Of a stretch of DNA of 64,000 nucleotides, positions 55,636 through 64,000 are shown piece after piece. Positions within the stretch are counted from its first letter, which is position 1, and every line of letters begins with the position of its first letter. The translations under genes and the position numbers were made by a program. The notes beneath the pieces were generated by a model that did not search any database, was not told where the DNA came from, and saw only the letters and a program-made list of their open reading frames with translations. This DNA comes from an uncultured Fibrobacteria bacterium (GTDB lineage: Bacteria > Fibrobacterota > Fibrobacteria > UBA11236). The DNA lies in assembly GCA_963716395.1 (NCBI GenBank), contig OY970309.1, positions 1,024,001 to 1,088,000 of the forward strand, written 5' to 3'.

Positions 55636-57435
55636 TTAACCCGTCTTTTCCTGCTTCAGCTCGGCCAGCACCTTGGGATCGATGTGAATGTGCAATTCCC
55701 GCAACTGCTTTTCGGTCACCTCCGAAGGCGCCTGCATCATCAAATCCTGCGCTTTCTGGTTCATGGGAAAAGCGATCACTTCACGAATGTTTTCCTCGTC
55801 GGCCATCAGCATGACCATGCGATCCACGCCCGGCGCAATGCCGCCGTGAGGCGGCGCCCCGAGCTTGAACGCGTTGATCATGCCGCCGAATTTGCGGTCC
55901 ACGACTTCCGGGCCGTACCCCGCAATCTCAAAAGCCTTGTACATGATGTCGGGACGGTGGTTGCGGATGGCTCCCGACGAGAGTTCGATGCCGTTGCACA
56001 CGATGTCGTATTGAAAGGCCAGAATGTCGAGCGGGTTCTTGGTCAAGAGCGCTTCCATTCCGCCTTGCGGCATGGAAAACGGATTATGCGAAAACGCGAT
56101 GCATTGGTTTTCTTCGTCCCATTCGAACATGGGAAAATCGACAATCCAGCAAAAGCGCAAGGCGTCTTTTTCGACGAGCCCGAGGTCGTGCCCGAGCTTG
56201 ACGCGCACCTGTCCCGCGAGTTTGGCGGCCACGGCTTCTTGGTCGCATATGAAGAACACGGCGTCGCCCTTTTGCGCCCCGCATTGTTCGCCCAGCGCCT
56301 GGAGGTTTTCGGGCGACAGAAATTTCGCAATCGGGCCTTTCACGCCTTCTTCGCCGTAGACGAGATAGGCCAAGCCCTTCGACCCGATGCTTTGCGCATA
56401 GTCTACCAGTTTGTCGAAAAAGCTGCGCGGCTGTGCAGCGAGATTTTTCACGGGAATGGCGCGCACCACGGCGCCGCTTTGCACCGCGCCGGCAAAGGCT
56501 TTGAAGCCGCTGTCGCGAAACACGGCGCTGACGTCGCGGATTTCGATGGGGATGCGGAGATCGGGTTTGTCGGTTCCGTACTTCAGCATGGCTTCGCGAA
56601 AGGGGATGCGGCGGAAAGGGAGGCCGTCGACGTGGCGCGTGGTGAATTCGACGAACACGCCGTGGATGACCCGTTCCACGGCCGCGAATATGTCGTCTTG
56701 CGTGACGAAACTCATTTCAATATCGAGCTGGTAGAATTCACCGGGTGAGCGGTCGGCGCGCGCGTCTTCGTCGCGGAAGCAGGGCGCGATTTGAAAATAG
56801 CGGTCGAAGCCGGCCACCATGAGCAATTGCTTGAACTGCTGCGGGGCCTGCGGCAGGGCGTAGAAGCGGCCCGGATGCAGCCGGCTCGGCACCAGAAAGT
56901 CGCGCGCGCCTTCGGGCGACGAGCTGGTGAGGATGGGCGTCTGGAACTCGGCGAAGCCGTCTGCAGTCATGCGCCGCCGCAGCGAAGCGATGACGCGGCT
57001 GCGCAGCAGCACGTTGCGGTGCAATTTTTCCCGGCGCAAATCGAGAAAGCGGTACTTGAGCCGCAACTCTTCGGGCCCGCCGTCCTTGTCGTCGACCAGA
57101 AAGGGCAATGGGTCGGCAGCCGCAAGAATTTCCAGCGCGTCGGCCACGACTTCGATTTCGCCCGTGAGCATGCCCGGGTTCACGGTATTGGCCTCGCGGG
57201 CCACCACACGACCCGTTACGGTAATCACACTTTCATAGCGAAGGCGGGTGGCGTTATCGAAGAATCCGCGCTCGGGGTGGATGACGGCTTGCGTCACACC
57301 GTAATGGTCGCGCACATCGAGGAAAAGCAGCCCGCCGTGATCGCGGCGGCGGAACACCCAGCCGGAAAGGCGCACGGTTAGACCCACGCCTTCTTTGCGC
57401 AACTCCCCGCAGGTATGGGTGCGATACAAATGCAT
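55636..57435 (-). CDS. aspS: Aspartate--tRNA ligase (possibly non-discriminating)
   Basis: [31 protein letters not shown] motifs; the RRDHGG His is typical of ND-AspRS. Confidence 0.97.
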   Translation of the reverse strand: MHLYRTHTCGELRKEGVGLTVRLSGWVFRRRDHGGLLFLDVRDHYGVTQAVIHPERGFFDNATRLRYESVITVTGRVVAREANTVNPGMLTGEIEVVADALEILAAADPLPFLVDDKDGGPEELRLKYRFLDLRREKLHRNVLLRSRVIASLRRRMTADGFAEFQTPILTSSSPEGARDFLVPSRLHPGRFYALPQAPQQFKQLLMVAGFDRYFQIAPCFRDEDARADRSPGEFYQLDIEMSFVTQDDIFAAVERVIHGVFVEFTTRHVDGLPFRRIPFREAMLKYGTDKPDLRIPIEIRDVSAVFRDSGFKAFAGAVQSGAVVRAIPVKNLAAQPRSFFDKLVDYAQSIGSKGLAYLVYGEEGVKGPIAKFLSPENLQALGEQCGAQKGDAVFFICDQEAVAAKLAGQVRVKLGHDLGLVEKDALRFCWIVDFPMFEWDEENQCIAFSHNPFSMPQGGMEALLTKNPLDILAFQYDIVCNGIELSSGAIRNHRPDIMYKAFEIAGYGPEVVDRKFGGMINAFKLGAPPHGGIAPGVDRMVMLMADEENIREVIAFPMNQKAQDLMMQAPSEVTEKQLRELHIHIDPKVLAELKQEKTG

Positions 57436-57616
57436 CGAGATGGCCTTGTCTCCGGATTTGAAGAGTGGTAAAAATTAGTTAGAACCGCACGCAGACGCGT
57501 CAAAAACGATGGTTTCAAAGCCTGGTTTGCCGAAGAAACCGGTCGAAGCTAACTTGCCCCTTCTCATGAATGGCCGACCCAGCCGGCTCCCTCACGCCCA
57601 ACCCCGCTAATCTCCC

Positions 57617-58939
57617 ATGCATGCACTCGGCTGGATTGCCCTGGCTCTTCTCACCCTTATGGCCGGCAATGCCTTTTTCGTGGTCGGCGAGATCGGACTG
57701 GTCGCCAGCCGCCGCACGCGCTTGCAGCAGCGGGCCGAATCCGGCGACGCCAAAGCCCGGCGGGCATTGGAGTGGATTCAAAAACCCGGCCGGTTTCTGG
57801 CCACGGTGCAGGTCGGCATCACCCTGATCGGAATTCTCGAAGGCGTGATCTCGGATCGCGCCGCCGCTTTGCTCGACGTTAAAATCCGCGGCTGGCCGCA
57901 CAGCAAGCTTTTGGCTTTGATCGCCGTGTTTTTTTTGGTCACCTATCTGCAGGTGGTGCTGGGCGAGTTGTTGCCCAAATCCCTGGCCTTGCGCCAACCT
58001 GAAAGCGTGGCCCGCACTCTGGCCGGCCCCATGAAAAAACTGAGCCGCGTGGCGGGCTGGCTGGTGGCTTTTCTCACCTTCTCGACCGAAGCCTTGCTGC
58101 GGCTTGGCGGCGTCAAGCCCGCCCCCGAACCGGCGCCGGTCACCGAGGAGGAAATCGCGGTCATGCTGGCTCAGGGCGCCAAAGCCGGCGTGTTCGCCGC
58201 CAGCCAGCAGGACATGATGGAAAGCGTGATCGAAATGGGCGAGCGCCGCATCACTTCGATTATGACCGCGCGTCCCGACATCGTCTGGCTTGCGGCCGAA
58301 GCCACCACCGAAGACGTGCGGGCCACCGTGGCTAAGGCGGCGCACTCGCGTTACCCCGTCTGTCTGGGCAGCTTCGATCAGGTGTTGGGGGTCGTGCACA
58401 CCAAGGATTTGTTCGCCCGCCGCCTGGCCGGCGAAGCCTTGGATTTGAAATCCCTGGCGGTGAAAGTGCCCACCATTCCCGACTCGGTGAACGTGCTCAA
58501 GGCGCTTGAAGCCTTTCGCGCTTCGGGCCGCACCATGGCCTTTGTCAGCGACGAATACGGCAGCATTCTGGGATTGGTCACTCTCGACGATGTGCTGCGC
58601 AACATTCTGGGCGACATGGCCGCCGATTTTGCCGACGGCGGCGACGCCGACGCGGTGCGTCGATCCGACGGCGCCTGGCTGATCGACGGCATCAAGCCCA
58701 TTGAAGAGTTCAAGGATTTGCTGGCCTTGGAATCGTTGCCCGGCGAAGACGAAGGCGCCTATCAAACCTTGGGCGGCTTTGTCATGGCGCGGCTGGGGCG
58801 CATTCCCAAAACCGGAGACGTTTTCAACGCCGGCGATTGCCGCTACGAAGTTTTGAAAATGGACGGGCGCCGGGTCGACAAGGTGCTGGTCAAGCCCAAA
58901 ACGCCGCCCGCGGAAAAATCGGCGGGCACAACCGCTTAA
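57617..58939 (+). CDS. Hemolysin/CNNM-family protein (DUF21, CBS pair, CorC)
   Basis: VQVGIT, GELLPK, HSRYPV, DEYG, TLGGF motifs. Confidence 0.92.
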   Translation: MHALGWIALALLTLMAGNAFFVVGEIGLVASRRTRLQQRAESGDAKARRALEWIQKPGRFLATVQVGITLIGILEGVISDRAAALLDVKIRGWPHSKLLALIAVFFLVTYLQVVLGELLPKSLALRQPESVARTLAGPMKKLSRVAGWLVAFLTFSTEALLRLGGVKPAPEPAPVTEEEIAVMLAQGAKAGVFAASQQDMMESVIEMGERRITSIMTARPDIVWLAAEATTEDVRATVAKAAHSRYPVCLGSFDQVLGVVHTKDLFARRLAGEALDLKSLAVKVPTIPDSVNVLKALEAFRASGRTMAFVSDEYGSILGLVTLDDVLRNILGDMAADFADGGDADAVRRSDGAWLIDGIKPIEEFKDLLALESLPGEDEGAYQTLGGFVMARLGRIPKTGDVFNAGDCRYEVLKMDGRRVDKVLVKPKTPPAEKSAGTTA

Positions 58940-58975
58940 TTCACGCGGCCCTCAGGGCGCGGTCGACGGAAAAAC

Positions 58976-59425
58976 ATGCTCGCAGACATCAAAAATTTCC
59001 GCGCCCTCGAACCCGACCTGGCCACGGCCGGGCAACCGGATGAAGCGCAATTGGCGGACGTAAAACGGGCGGGTTTCGACGTCGTCATCAATCTTGGGCT
59101 CGCGGGCCAGCCCTATAGTTTACCCGACGAACAATCCGCGGTGGAGAAACTGGGTCTTGCCTATTTTCATCTTCCCGTAGACTTCGAGCGCCCGCAGGCC
59201 GGCGACTTGGAGCGGTTTCTTGAAATTATGGATCGGTGCGACGAGCGCAAGGTACTGGTGCATTGCGCCGCCAATTATCGGGCTTCATGTTTCACCGCCT
59301 GCTATCTCCACCGCCGGCGCGGCTGGTCGAGCGTCGAAGCCGAAGCTTCGGTACACCGCGTGTGGATTCCCAACGCCGTATGGCGTAATTTCATGCAGGC
59401 CGCGAAGGAGAAAGGCCAGCCATGA
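58976..59425 (+). CDS. PTP-like / DUF442 phosphatase or sulfurtransferase
   Basis: AGQP, VINL, HCAANYRA (CX5R) motifs. Confidence 0.85.
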   Translation: MLADIKNFRALEPDLATAGQPDEAQLADVKRAGFDVVINLGLAGQPYSLPDEQSAVEKLGLAYFHLPVDFERPQAGDLERFLEIMDRCDERKVLVHCAANYRASCFTACYLHRRRGWSSVEAEASVHRVWIPNAVWRNFMQAAKEKGQP

Positions 59426-60015
59426 GCGAAAATCGATTTCCCGATTGGGGCAAAATTTATACGGAACAAAAGGTCGAGGAAATGCCTTGGTATTATCCGG
59501 AACTGGATCCGGATTTGGATCAAGCGCTGCGCGAAAAAAATCTTACCCGTGGCGCGTTCCTGGATTTGGGCACCGGGCCCGGCACCCAGGCCGCGGCTTT
59601 GGCGCAGCGGGGTTTCACCGTAACCGGAACCGACCTTTCCGCCGCCGCGGTGGAAGGGGCCCGAGCCCGCATTCCGGGCGTTGAATTCCTGGCGGACGAT
59701 ATTTTGCATTCGACCTTGGGCCGCCGCTTCGACTGCATTTTCGACCGCGGCTGCTTTCACGTTTTTCAAGAAGCGGCGCGTCCGGCCTACGTCGAAGCCG
59801 TGGCCTCCTTGCTCCATCCGGGCGGCTATTTGTTTCTCAAATGCTTCAGCGCCGCCATGCCGGAGACGGGACTCGGGCCGTACCGCTTTGCGCCGGAAGA
59901 TATTCGCGCCTTATTCACAGGCAAATTCAAGGTCGAAAGCGTTCGGCCCACGATTTTCCAAGGCACCCGGACGCCGGAGCCGAAGGCTTTGTTCGCAACG
60001 CTGAAAGTGAAATGA
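59422..60015 (+). CDS. Class I SAM-dependent methyltransferase (TPMT-like)
   Basis: LDLGTGPG and FDRGCFH motifs. Confidence 0.88.
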   Translation: MSENRFPDWGKIYTEQKVEEMPWYYPELDPDLDQALREKNLTRGAFLDLGTGPGTQAAALAQRGFTVTGTDLSAAAVEGARARIPGVEFLADDILHSTLGRRFDCIFDRGCFHVFQEAARPAYVEAVASLLHPGGYLFLKCFSAAMPETGLGPYRFAPEDIRALFTGKFKVESVRPTIFQGTRTPEPKALFATLKVK

Positions 60016-60045
60016 CCGCCGATGGCCGGCACCGTAACCGACCAG

Positions 60046-60912
60046 CTACCCAACTTCGGGAAAGCGTTGTGCCAGGTATTCGCGATACGGCGACCGGGGC
60101 ATGGCCGCCAGCGCGGCGCGCAATCCGGCGGCGTCGATGAAGCCGCGCAAAAAGGCGATCTCTTCCAGGCAGGCGATTTTCAACCCCTGGCGCTCTTCCA
60201 GCGTGTAAATGAAATTGCTGGCTTCCAGCAGGGCGGCATGCGTGCCGGTGTCGAGCCAGGCGATGCCGCGCCCCAGCAGCGACACGCGCAACTCGCCCTG
60301 TTGCAAGTACAGATTGTTCAACGCCGTGATTTCGATCTCGCCGCGGGCCGAAGGCTTGAGGGTTTTGGCCAGGGCCGACACGCGGCCGTCGTACAGATAC
60401 AGGCCGGGCACGGCGTAATGCGATTTCGGCGCGCGCGGTTTTTCTTCAATGGAGAGCGCGCGGCCTTGGGCGTCGAATTCGAGCACGCCGTAGCGCTCGG
60501 GGTCTTTGACCTGGTAACCGAAGACCATGGCTCCGCTTTTGAAATCCGTCACGATTTCGTCGAGTTTCATGCGGCCGTAAAACACGTTGTCGCCGAGAAT
60601 CAAGGCCACGGGTTCGCCAGCCACGAATTCTTCGCCCAGAATGAAAGCCTGGGCCAAGCCTTCGGGCCGGGGTTGCACGGCGTAGGCAAGGCGTAGGCCC
60701 CATGGCGATCCGTCGCCCAGCAAATCGCGAAAGCGGGGCGTGTCTTCCGGCGTCGAAATGAGAAGAATGTCGCGGATACCACCCAGCATCAAGGTGGCCA
60801 GGGGGTAGTAGATCATGGGCTTGTCGTACACCGGTTGCAATTGCTTGCTCGCGACTTTCGACAAGGGGTAGAGGCGCGTGCCCGCGCCGCCGGCCAGAAC
60901 GATGCCCTTCAT
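60046..60912 (-). CDS. rfbA: Glucose-1-phosphate thymidylyltransferase
   Basis: [38 protein letters not shown] motifs. Confidence 0.96.
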   Translation of the reverse strand: MKGIVLAGGAGTRLYPLSKVASKQLQPVYDKPMIYYPLATLMLGGIRDILLISTPEDTPRFRDLLGDGSPWGLRLAYAVQPRPEGLAQAFILGEEFVAGEPVALILGDNVFYGRMKLDEIVTDFKSGAMVFGYQVKDPERYGVLEFDAQGRALSIEEKPRAPKSHYAVPGLYLYDGRVSALAKTLKPSARGEIEITALNNLYLQQGELRVSLLGRGIAWLDTGTHAALLEASNFIYTLEERQGLKIACLEEIAFLRGFIDAAGLRAALAAMPRSPYREYLAQRFPEVG

Positions 60913-61607
60913 GACGGCAATTCCTCGGCCGGGCGTTCCGAATGCAGGGTCAGAGAATTCAGCGGCCGCGGGCTGGGCAGACCGAGCTGGCGCGTGATGT
61001 CGGCGTGGATTTTGGCGATCTCCTGGGTGGCGTCGACCGAGATCATGATTCCGAGCCGTTCGAAAAAGCGCAACATGGGTTCGGTTTTGACGTGGTAGTC
61101 TTCGATGCGGTTCTTGATGGCCTCGGCGTGATCATCGCTGCGCAACGCCAGCGTGCCGCCGCATACGTCGCACACGCCCTCGGTTTTCGGGCGATGGCCG
61201 ATGAGGTTGTAGTCGAGCCCGCAGCGCGAGCACACGCGGCGCGCCAGCACGCGGTCGGTCACCAGGCGGTCGGGCGCGTCAAGGTGGATGACGCCGTTGA
61301 TGTTGTAGTTCTCGAACAGGAATTCGGCCTGGGGAAAGGTGCGGGGAAACCCGTCGAGCACGAAGCCGTAATTCCAGTCATGCCAACTGAGGCGCTCCGA
61401 TACCACCTTGGCCACGAGGTCTTCGCCCACCATTTGGCCCTTGGAAATGACGCGGTTCACCCGCGCCGCCAGCTTGGTGTGGTTGGCGATGTGCCAGCGG
61501 AAGAGATCGCCGATGGCGATGTGCACGAAGTCGTAGGCTTCGCACAAAAGGCGCGCCTGCGTGCCTTTGCCGCTGCCTTGAATGCCGAAAATGATGTACT
61601 TGTACAT
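60909..61607 (-). CDS. adk: Adenylate kinase family protein with Zn lid
   Basis: [20 protein letters not shown]...CDVC, RSDD motifs. Confidence 0.85.
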   Translation of the reverse strand: MYKYIIFGIQGSGKGTQARLLCEAYDFVHIAIGDLFRWHIANHTKLAARVNRVISKGQMVGEDLVAKVVSERLSWHDWNYGFVLDGFPRTFPQAEFLFENYNINGVIHLDAPDRLVTDRVLARRVCSRCGLDYNLIGHRPKTEGVCDVCGGTLALRSDDHAEAIKNRIEDYHVKTEPMLRFFERLGIMISVDATQEIAKIHADITRQLGLPSPRPLNSLTLHSERPAEELPS

Positions 61608-61732
61608 AAGGGGCACAAGTTAGAAATCCCCTTTGCCCTTTCGTCTTTTACGGAAGGGTGCGCCGCGCAACCGGAGTGCAGCCGAATGCGGCGCACCGCC
61701 TTTTTACCTTGTCGACCGATGGAGGTTTTCCC

Positions 61733-63217
61733 ATGACGGCATCGCTGGAAGCCCTGCGCGGCTTGAGCCGCGAATTGTATGCCTTGCGCGCGGTCGGCGC
61801 CTTGCTGGGCTGGGATCAAGAAACCCACATGCCCGCCAAAGGCGGCGCCGCGCGGGCCGAAAGCCAGGCCGCGCTCAGCACCGCGCTGCATCAGCGCCTT
61901 ACGGCCCCCGCCCTCTGGGATTTGCTCGCGCAAGCTGCGGCCGATGCGGATCTGCCGCCGCGCGAAAAAGCCTGGGTACGCGAGCTGCGGCGCGACGCCG
62001 ACAAGGCGCGGAAAATTCCCGAAGCCCTGGCCGCCGAGCTGGCCCGCACCGCCTCGCTGTCGCAGCAGGCCTGGGTCCAGGCGCGCGCCCGCAACGCCGC
62101 CGACGAATTTCTCCCCTGGCTGGAAAAACTGGTGGCGCTCAAGCGGCGCGAAGCCGAATGCCTGGGATATGCCGAGCACCCTTATGACGCCTTGCTCGAT
62201 CAATTCGAGCCCGGCGCCCGCGTCTCCACGGTGAAGCCCGTGCTGACGGAATTGCGCGCGGGCCTTGCGCCCCTGCTGCAAAAAATCCTGGCGGCGCATC
62301 CGCGGCCGCCCGCGCCGCCCTGGCAGGGACGGAAATTTCCCTTGGAGGCGCAGCGCCGCTTGAACGAACGCCTGCTGCGCGACATGGGCTTCGATCTCGA
62401 AGCCGGGCGTCTCGACGCAAGCGCGCATCCCTTCACCGAAGGTCTGTGTCCGGGCGACGTGCGCCTGACCACCCGCTACCGCGAAGACGATTGGCTGTCT
62501 TCGGTGTTCAGCACCCTGCACGAAGGCGGGCACGGTCTGTACGAACAGGGTTTGCCCGCCGAGGCCTGGGGCACGCCTTTGGGCGAAGCGGTATCGCTGT
62601 CGGTGCACGAATCGCAATCGCGGCTGTGGGAAAACCTGGTGGGCCGCTCGCACGCGTATTGGGAACGCACCCTGCCGCTGGCGCGCGAGGCGTTCGGGAC
62701 TGCGCTGGCGGGCGTGGAGGTGCCCGGCCTGCTGGCCCAAATCAATGCGGTGTCGCCCTCGTGCATTCGCGTCGAAGCCGACGAAGTCACCTACAATTTG
62801 CACATCGCGTTGCGCTTTTCTCTGGAAGAGGCGGTGTTCGCCGGCACCCTGGCCGTGGCCGACATTCCCGAGGCCTGGAACGCGGACATGCAAAAGCTGC
62901 TCGCCGTGCGCCCCGCCACCGCGGCCGAAGGCTTTCTGCAAGACGTGCATTGGAGCTGCGGCCTGTTCGGGTACTTTCCCACCTACACTTTCGGCAATCT
63001 GTACGCGGCGCAACTCTTCGCCGCCCTGGCGCGCGAGTTGGGCGATCCCGCCCCGGCGTTGCGGGCCGGGGAGTTCACTCCCCTGTTACGCTGGTTGCGC
63101 GAGAAAATCCACCGGTACGGACGCGAATTCTCCGGACCCGAGCTGTTGCGCCAGGCCACGGGCGAAGACTTGAACCCCGAGTATTTTCTGGGTTACCTGC
63201 GCGACAAATATCTGTGA
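61733..63217 (+). CDS. Carboxypeptidase M32
   Basis: HPF, HEGGH, HESQ, IRVEAD, QDVHW, YFPTY motifs; GGAGG SD. Confidence 0.95.
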   Translation: MTASLEALRGLSRELYALRAVGALLGWDQETHMPAKGGAARAESQAALSTALHQRLTAPALWDLLAQAAADADLPPREKAWVRELRRDADKARKIPEALAAELARTASLSQQAWVQARARNAADEFLPWLEKLVALKRREAECLGYAEHPYDALLDQFEPGARVSTVKPVLTELRAGLAPLLQKILAAHPRPPAPPWQGRKFPLEAQRRLNERLLRDMGFDLEAGRLDASAHPFTEGLCPGDVRLTTRYREDDWLSSVFSTLHEGGHGLYEQGLPAEAWGTPLGEAVSLSVHESQSRLWENLVGRSHAYWERTLPLAREAFGTALAGVEVPGLLAQINAVSPSCIRVEADEVTYNLHIALRFSLEEAVFAGTLAVADIPEAWNADMQKLLAVRPATAAEGFLQDVHWSCGLFGYFPTYTFGNLYAAQLFAALARELGDPAPALRAGEFTPLLRWLREKIHRYGREFSGPELLRQATGEDLNPEYFLGYLRDKYL

Positions 63218-63269
63218 TCGATGGGGTCGCGCGGCAGCGAAACGTCTGCCCCGGTGCCATCGAATCGTG

Positions 63270-63689
63270 TTAGCGCGGGATTTTGCGGGGCGCGATCAGT
63301 TCCACCGTCGGAAAATAGGATCGGTATCTTCGGGTATCGCGCGTCAAAATCCGGTATCCGGCGATGGCCGCATGCGCACCGATGTAAAAATCCGGCAAAG
63401 GAGAGGGCCGCGAACCGCCGCGACGGCGGTACTGTAAGAAAACTTTTCCGGCCAGAAAAGCCGCCGCATAGGGAAGCGGCTCGCGCCGAAAAGCAGCGGG
63501 TGGAATCGCTTGCTCCAAATCTTCAATTCTGCGGAAACCAATGGAAACTTCGGCGTAGATCGGGGCGTTGATCACCAACGGGGCTTCATTCGCCGCAGCC
63601 TCCAACGCCTGGCTCGACCAAATCGACCAGTTCGGATCTTTGGTGGCGACGTCGAGCAGCACATTGCTGTCGACCAACACGGCCTTCAT
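63270..63689 (-). CDS. vapC: VapC PIN-domain toxin
   Basis: LVDSNV, YAEV, PDFYIGAHA, LTRD motifs. Confidence 0.92.
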   Translation of the reverse strand: MKAVLVDSNVLLDVATKDPNWSIWSSQALEAAANEAPLVINAPIYAEVSIGFRRIEDLEQAIPPAAFRREPLPYAAAFLAGKVFLQYRRRGGSRPSPLPDFYIGAHAAIAGYRILTRDTRRYRSYFPTVELIAPRKIPR

Positions 63690-63922
63690 TGCGGTTTTCG
63701 TGTCAGCGCCAGAATCTGGTCGGTGCTCATTCCCGCGTCGGCTTTACCTTTGAGTTTGGCCAAGATTTCGCTTCCCCGACCCTGAGGCCGCCCGGCGGAA
63801 ACCTTCACCAGCCTAGCCCCGTTCCCGCGTAATTCAAACTCGACTTCGGTTTGGGGGAAAATTCCCAGTTTCTCGCGCACGCGAAGGGGAATGGTGACTT
63901 GGCCTTTGACCGTGACCCGCAT
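63686..63922 (-). CDS. AbrB-family antitoxin
   Basis: MRVTVKGQVTIP motif; 4-bp overlap with vapC. Confidence 0.92.
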   Translation of the reverse strand: MRVTVKGQVTIPLRVREKLGIFPQTEVEFELRGNGARLVKVSAGRPQGRGSEILAKLKGKADAGMSTDQILALTRKPQ

Positions 63923-63926
63923 CGTG

Positions 63927-63948
63927 GTATTACTCCTTGCGGTAATAC
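63927..63948. promoter_or_regulatory. Putative TA operator palindrome around the SD
   Basis: GTATTAC-N8-GTAATAC enclosing minus-strand AAGGA. Confidence 0.6.
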
Positions 63949-64000
63949 TACTATCGGGATCGCTTCCGGACCAGCCGGAAACTACTATCGGGATCGCTTC
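63947..64000. repeat. 20-bp direct repeat with 34-bp period, truncated by the window edge
   Basis: ACTACTATCGGGATCGCTTC at 63947 and 63981. Confidence 0.8.

Noticed and set aside
63947-64000. CRISPR array
   Set aside because: Only two copies, a 14-nt spacer and no cas genes in the window.

Overview
Bacterial chromosomal segment, mostly GC-rich. It is probably Fibrobacterota; this is inferred from a TIGR02147-like gene with its partner lipoprotein, tandem HDOD proteins and a secreted enzyme with a Fibrobacter-like C-terminal tail. The backbone carries ftsY, clpP, cysS, aspS, trxA, adk, rfbA, an M32 carboxypeptidase, a maltokinase, an ABC-2 exporter and a PL1 pectate lyase that runs off the left edge and is absent from the ORF track. 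Two convergent tRNA-Arg genes (CCG at 19230, UCG at 41442-41518) bracket an accessory zone. Its first part holds a small basic protein behind a Met-Leu-stop uORF hairpin, an AbrB/PIN toxin-antitoxin pair, two lipoproteins, a Tat-exported copper nitrite reductase (nirK) and a TonB receptor-YfiR-hybrid kinase operon. Its second part is an 11.5 kb element integrated in tRNA-Arg(UCG) with perfect 60-bp att repeats. The element encodes a tyrosine integrase, an excisionase, an HNH protein, an RteC-like protein, a frameshifted type III RM system with a KilA-N gene between mod and res, a Fic protein and a zinc-ribbon protein. The most novel signal is in this element. The integrase start codon sits in a hairpin, and a 21-nt sequence complementary to the integrase leader lies at the opposite end. 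It would join the same mRNA 3' of int only after excision, suggesting a recombination-state-dependent RNA switch. Functional calls come from motif recognition by eye, not database searches.
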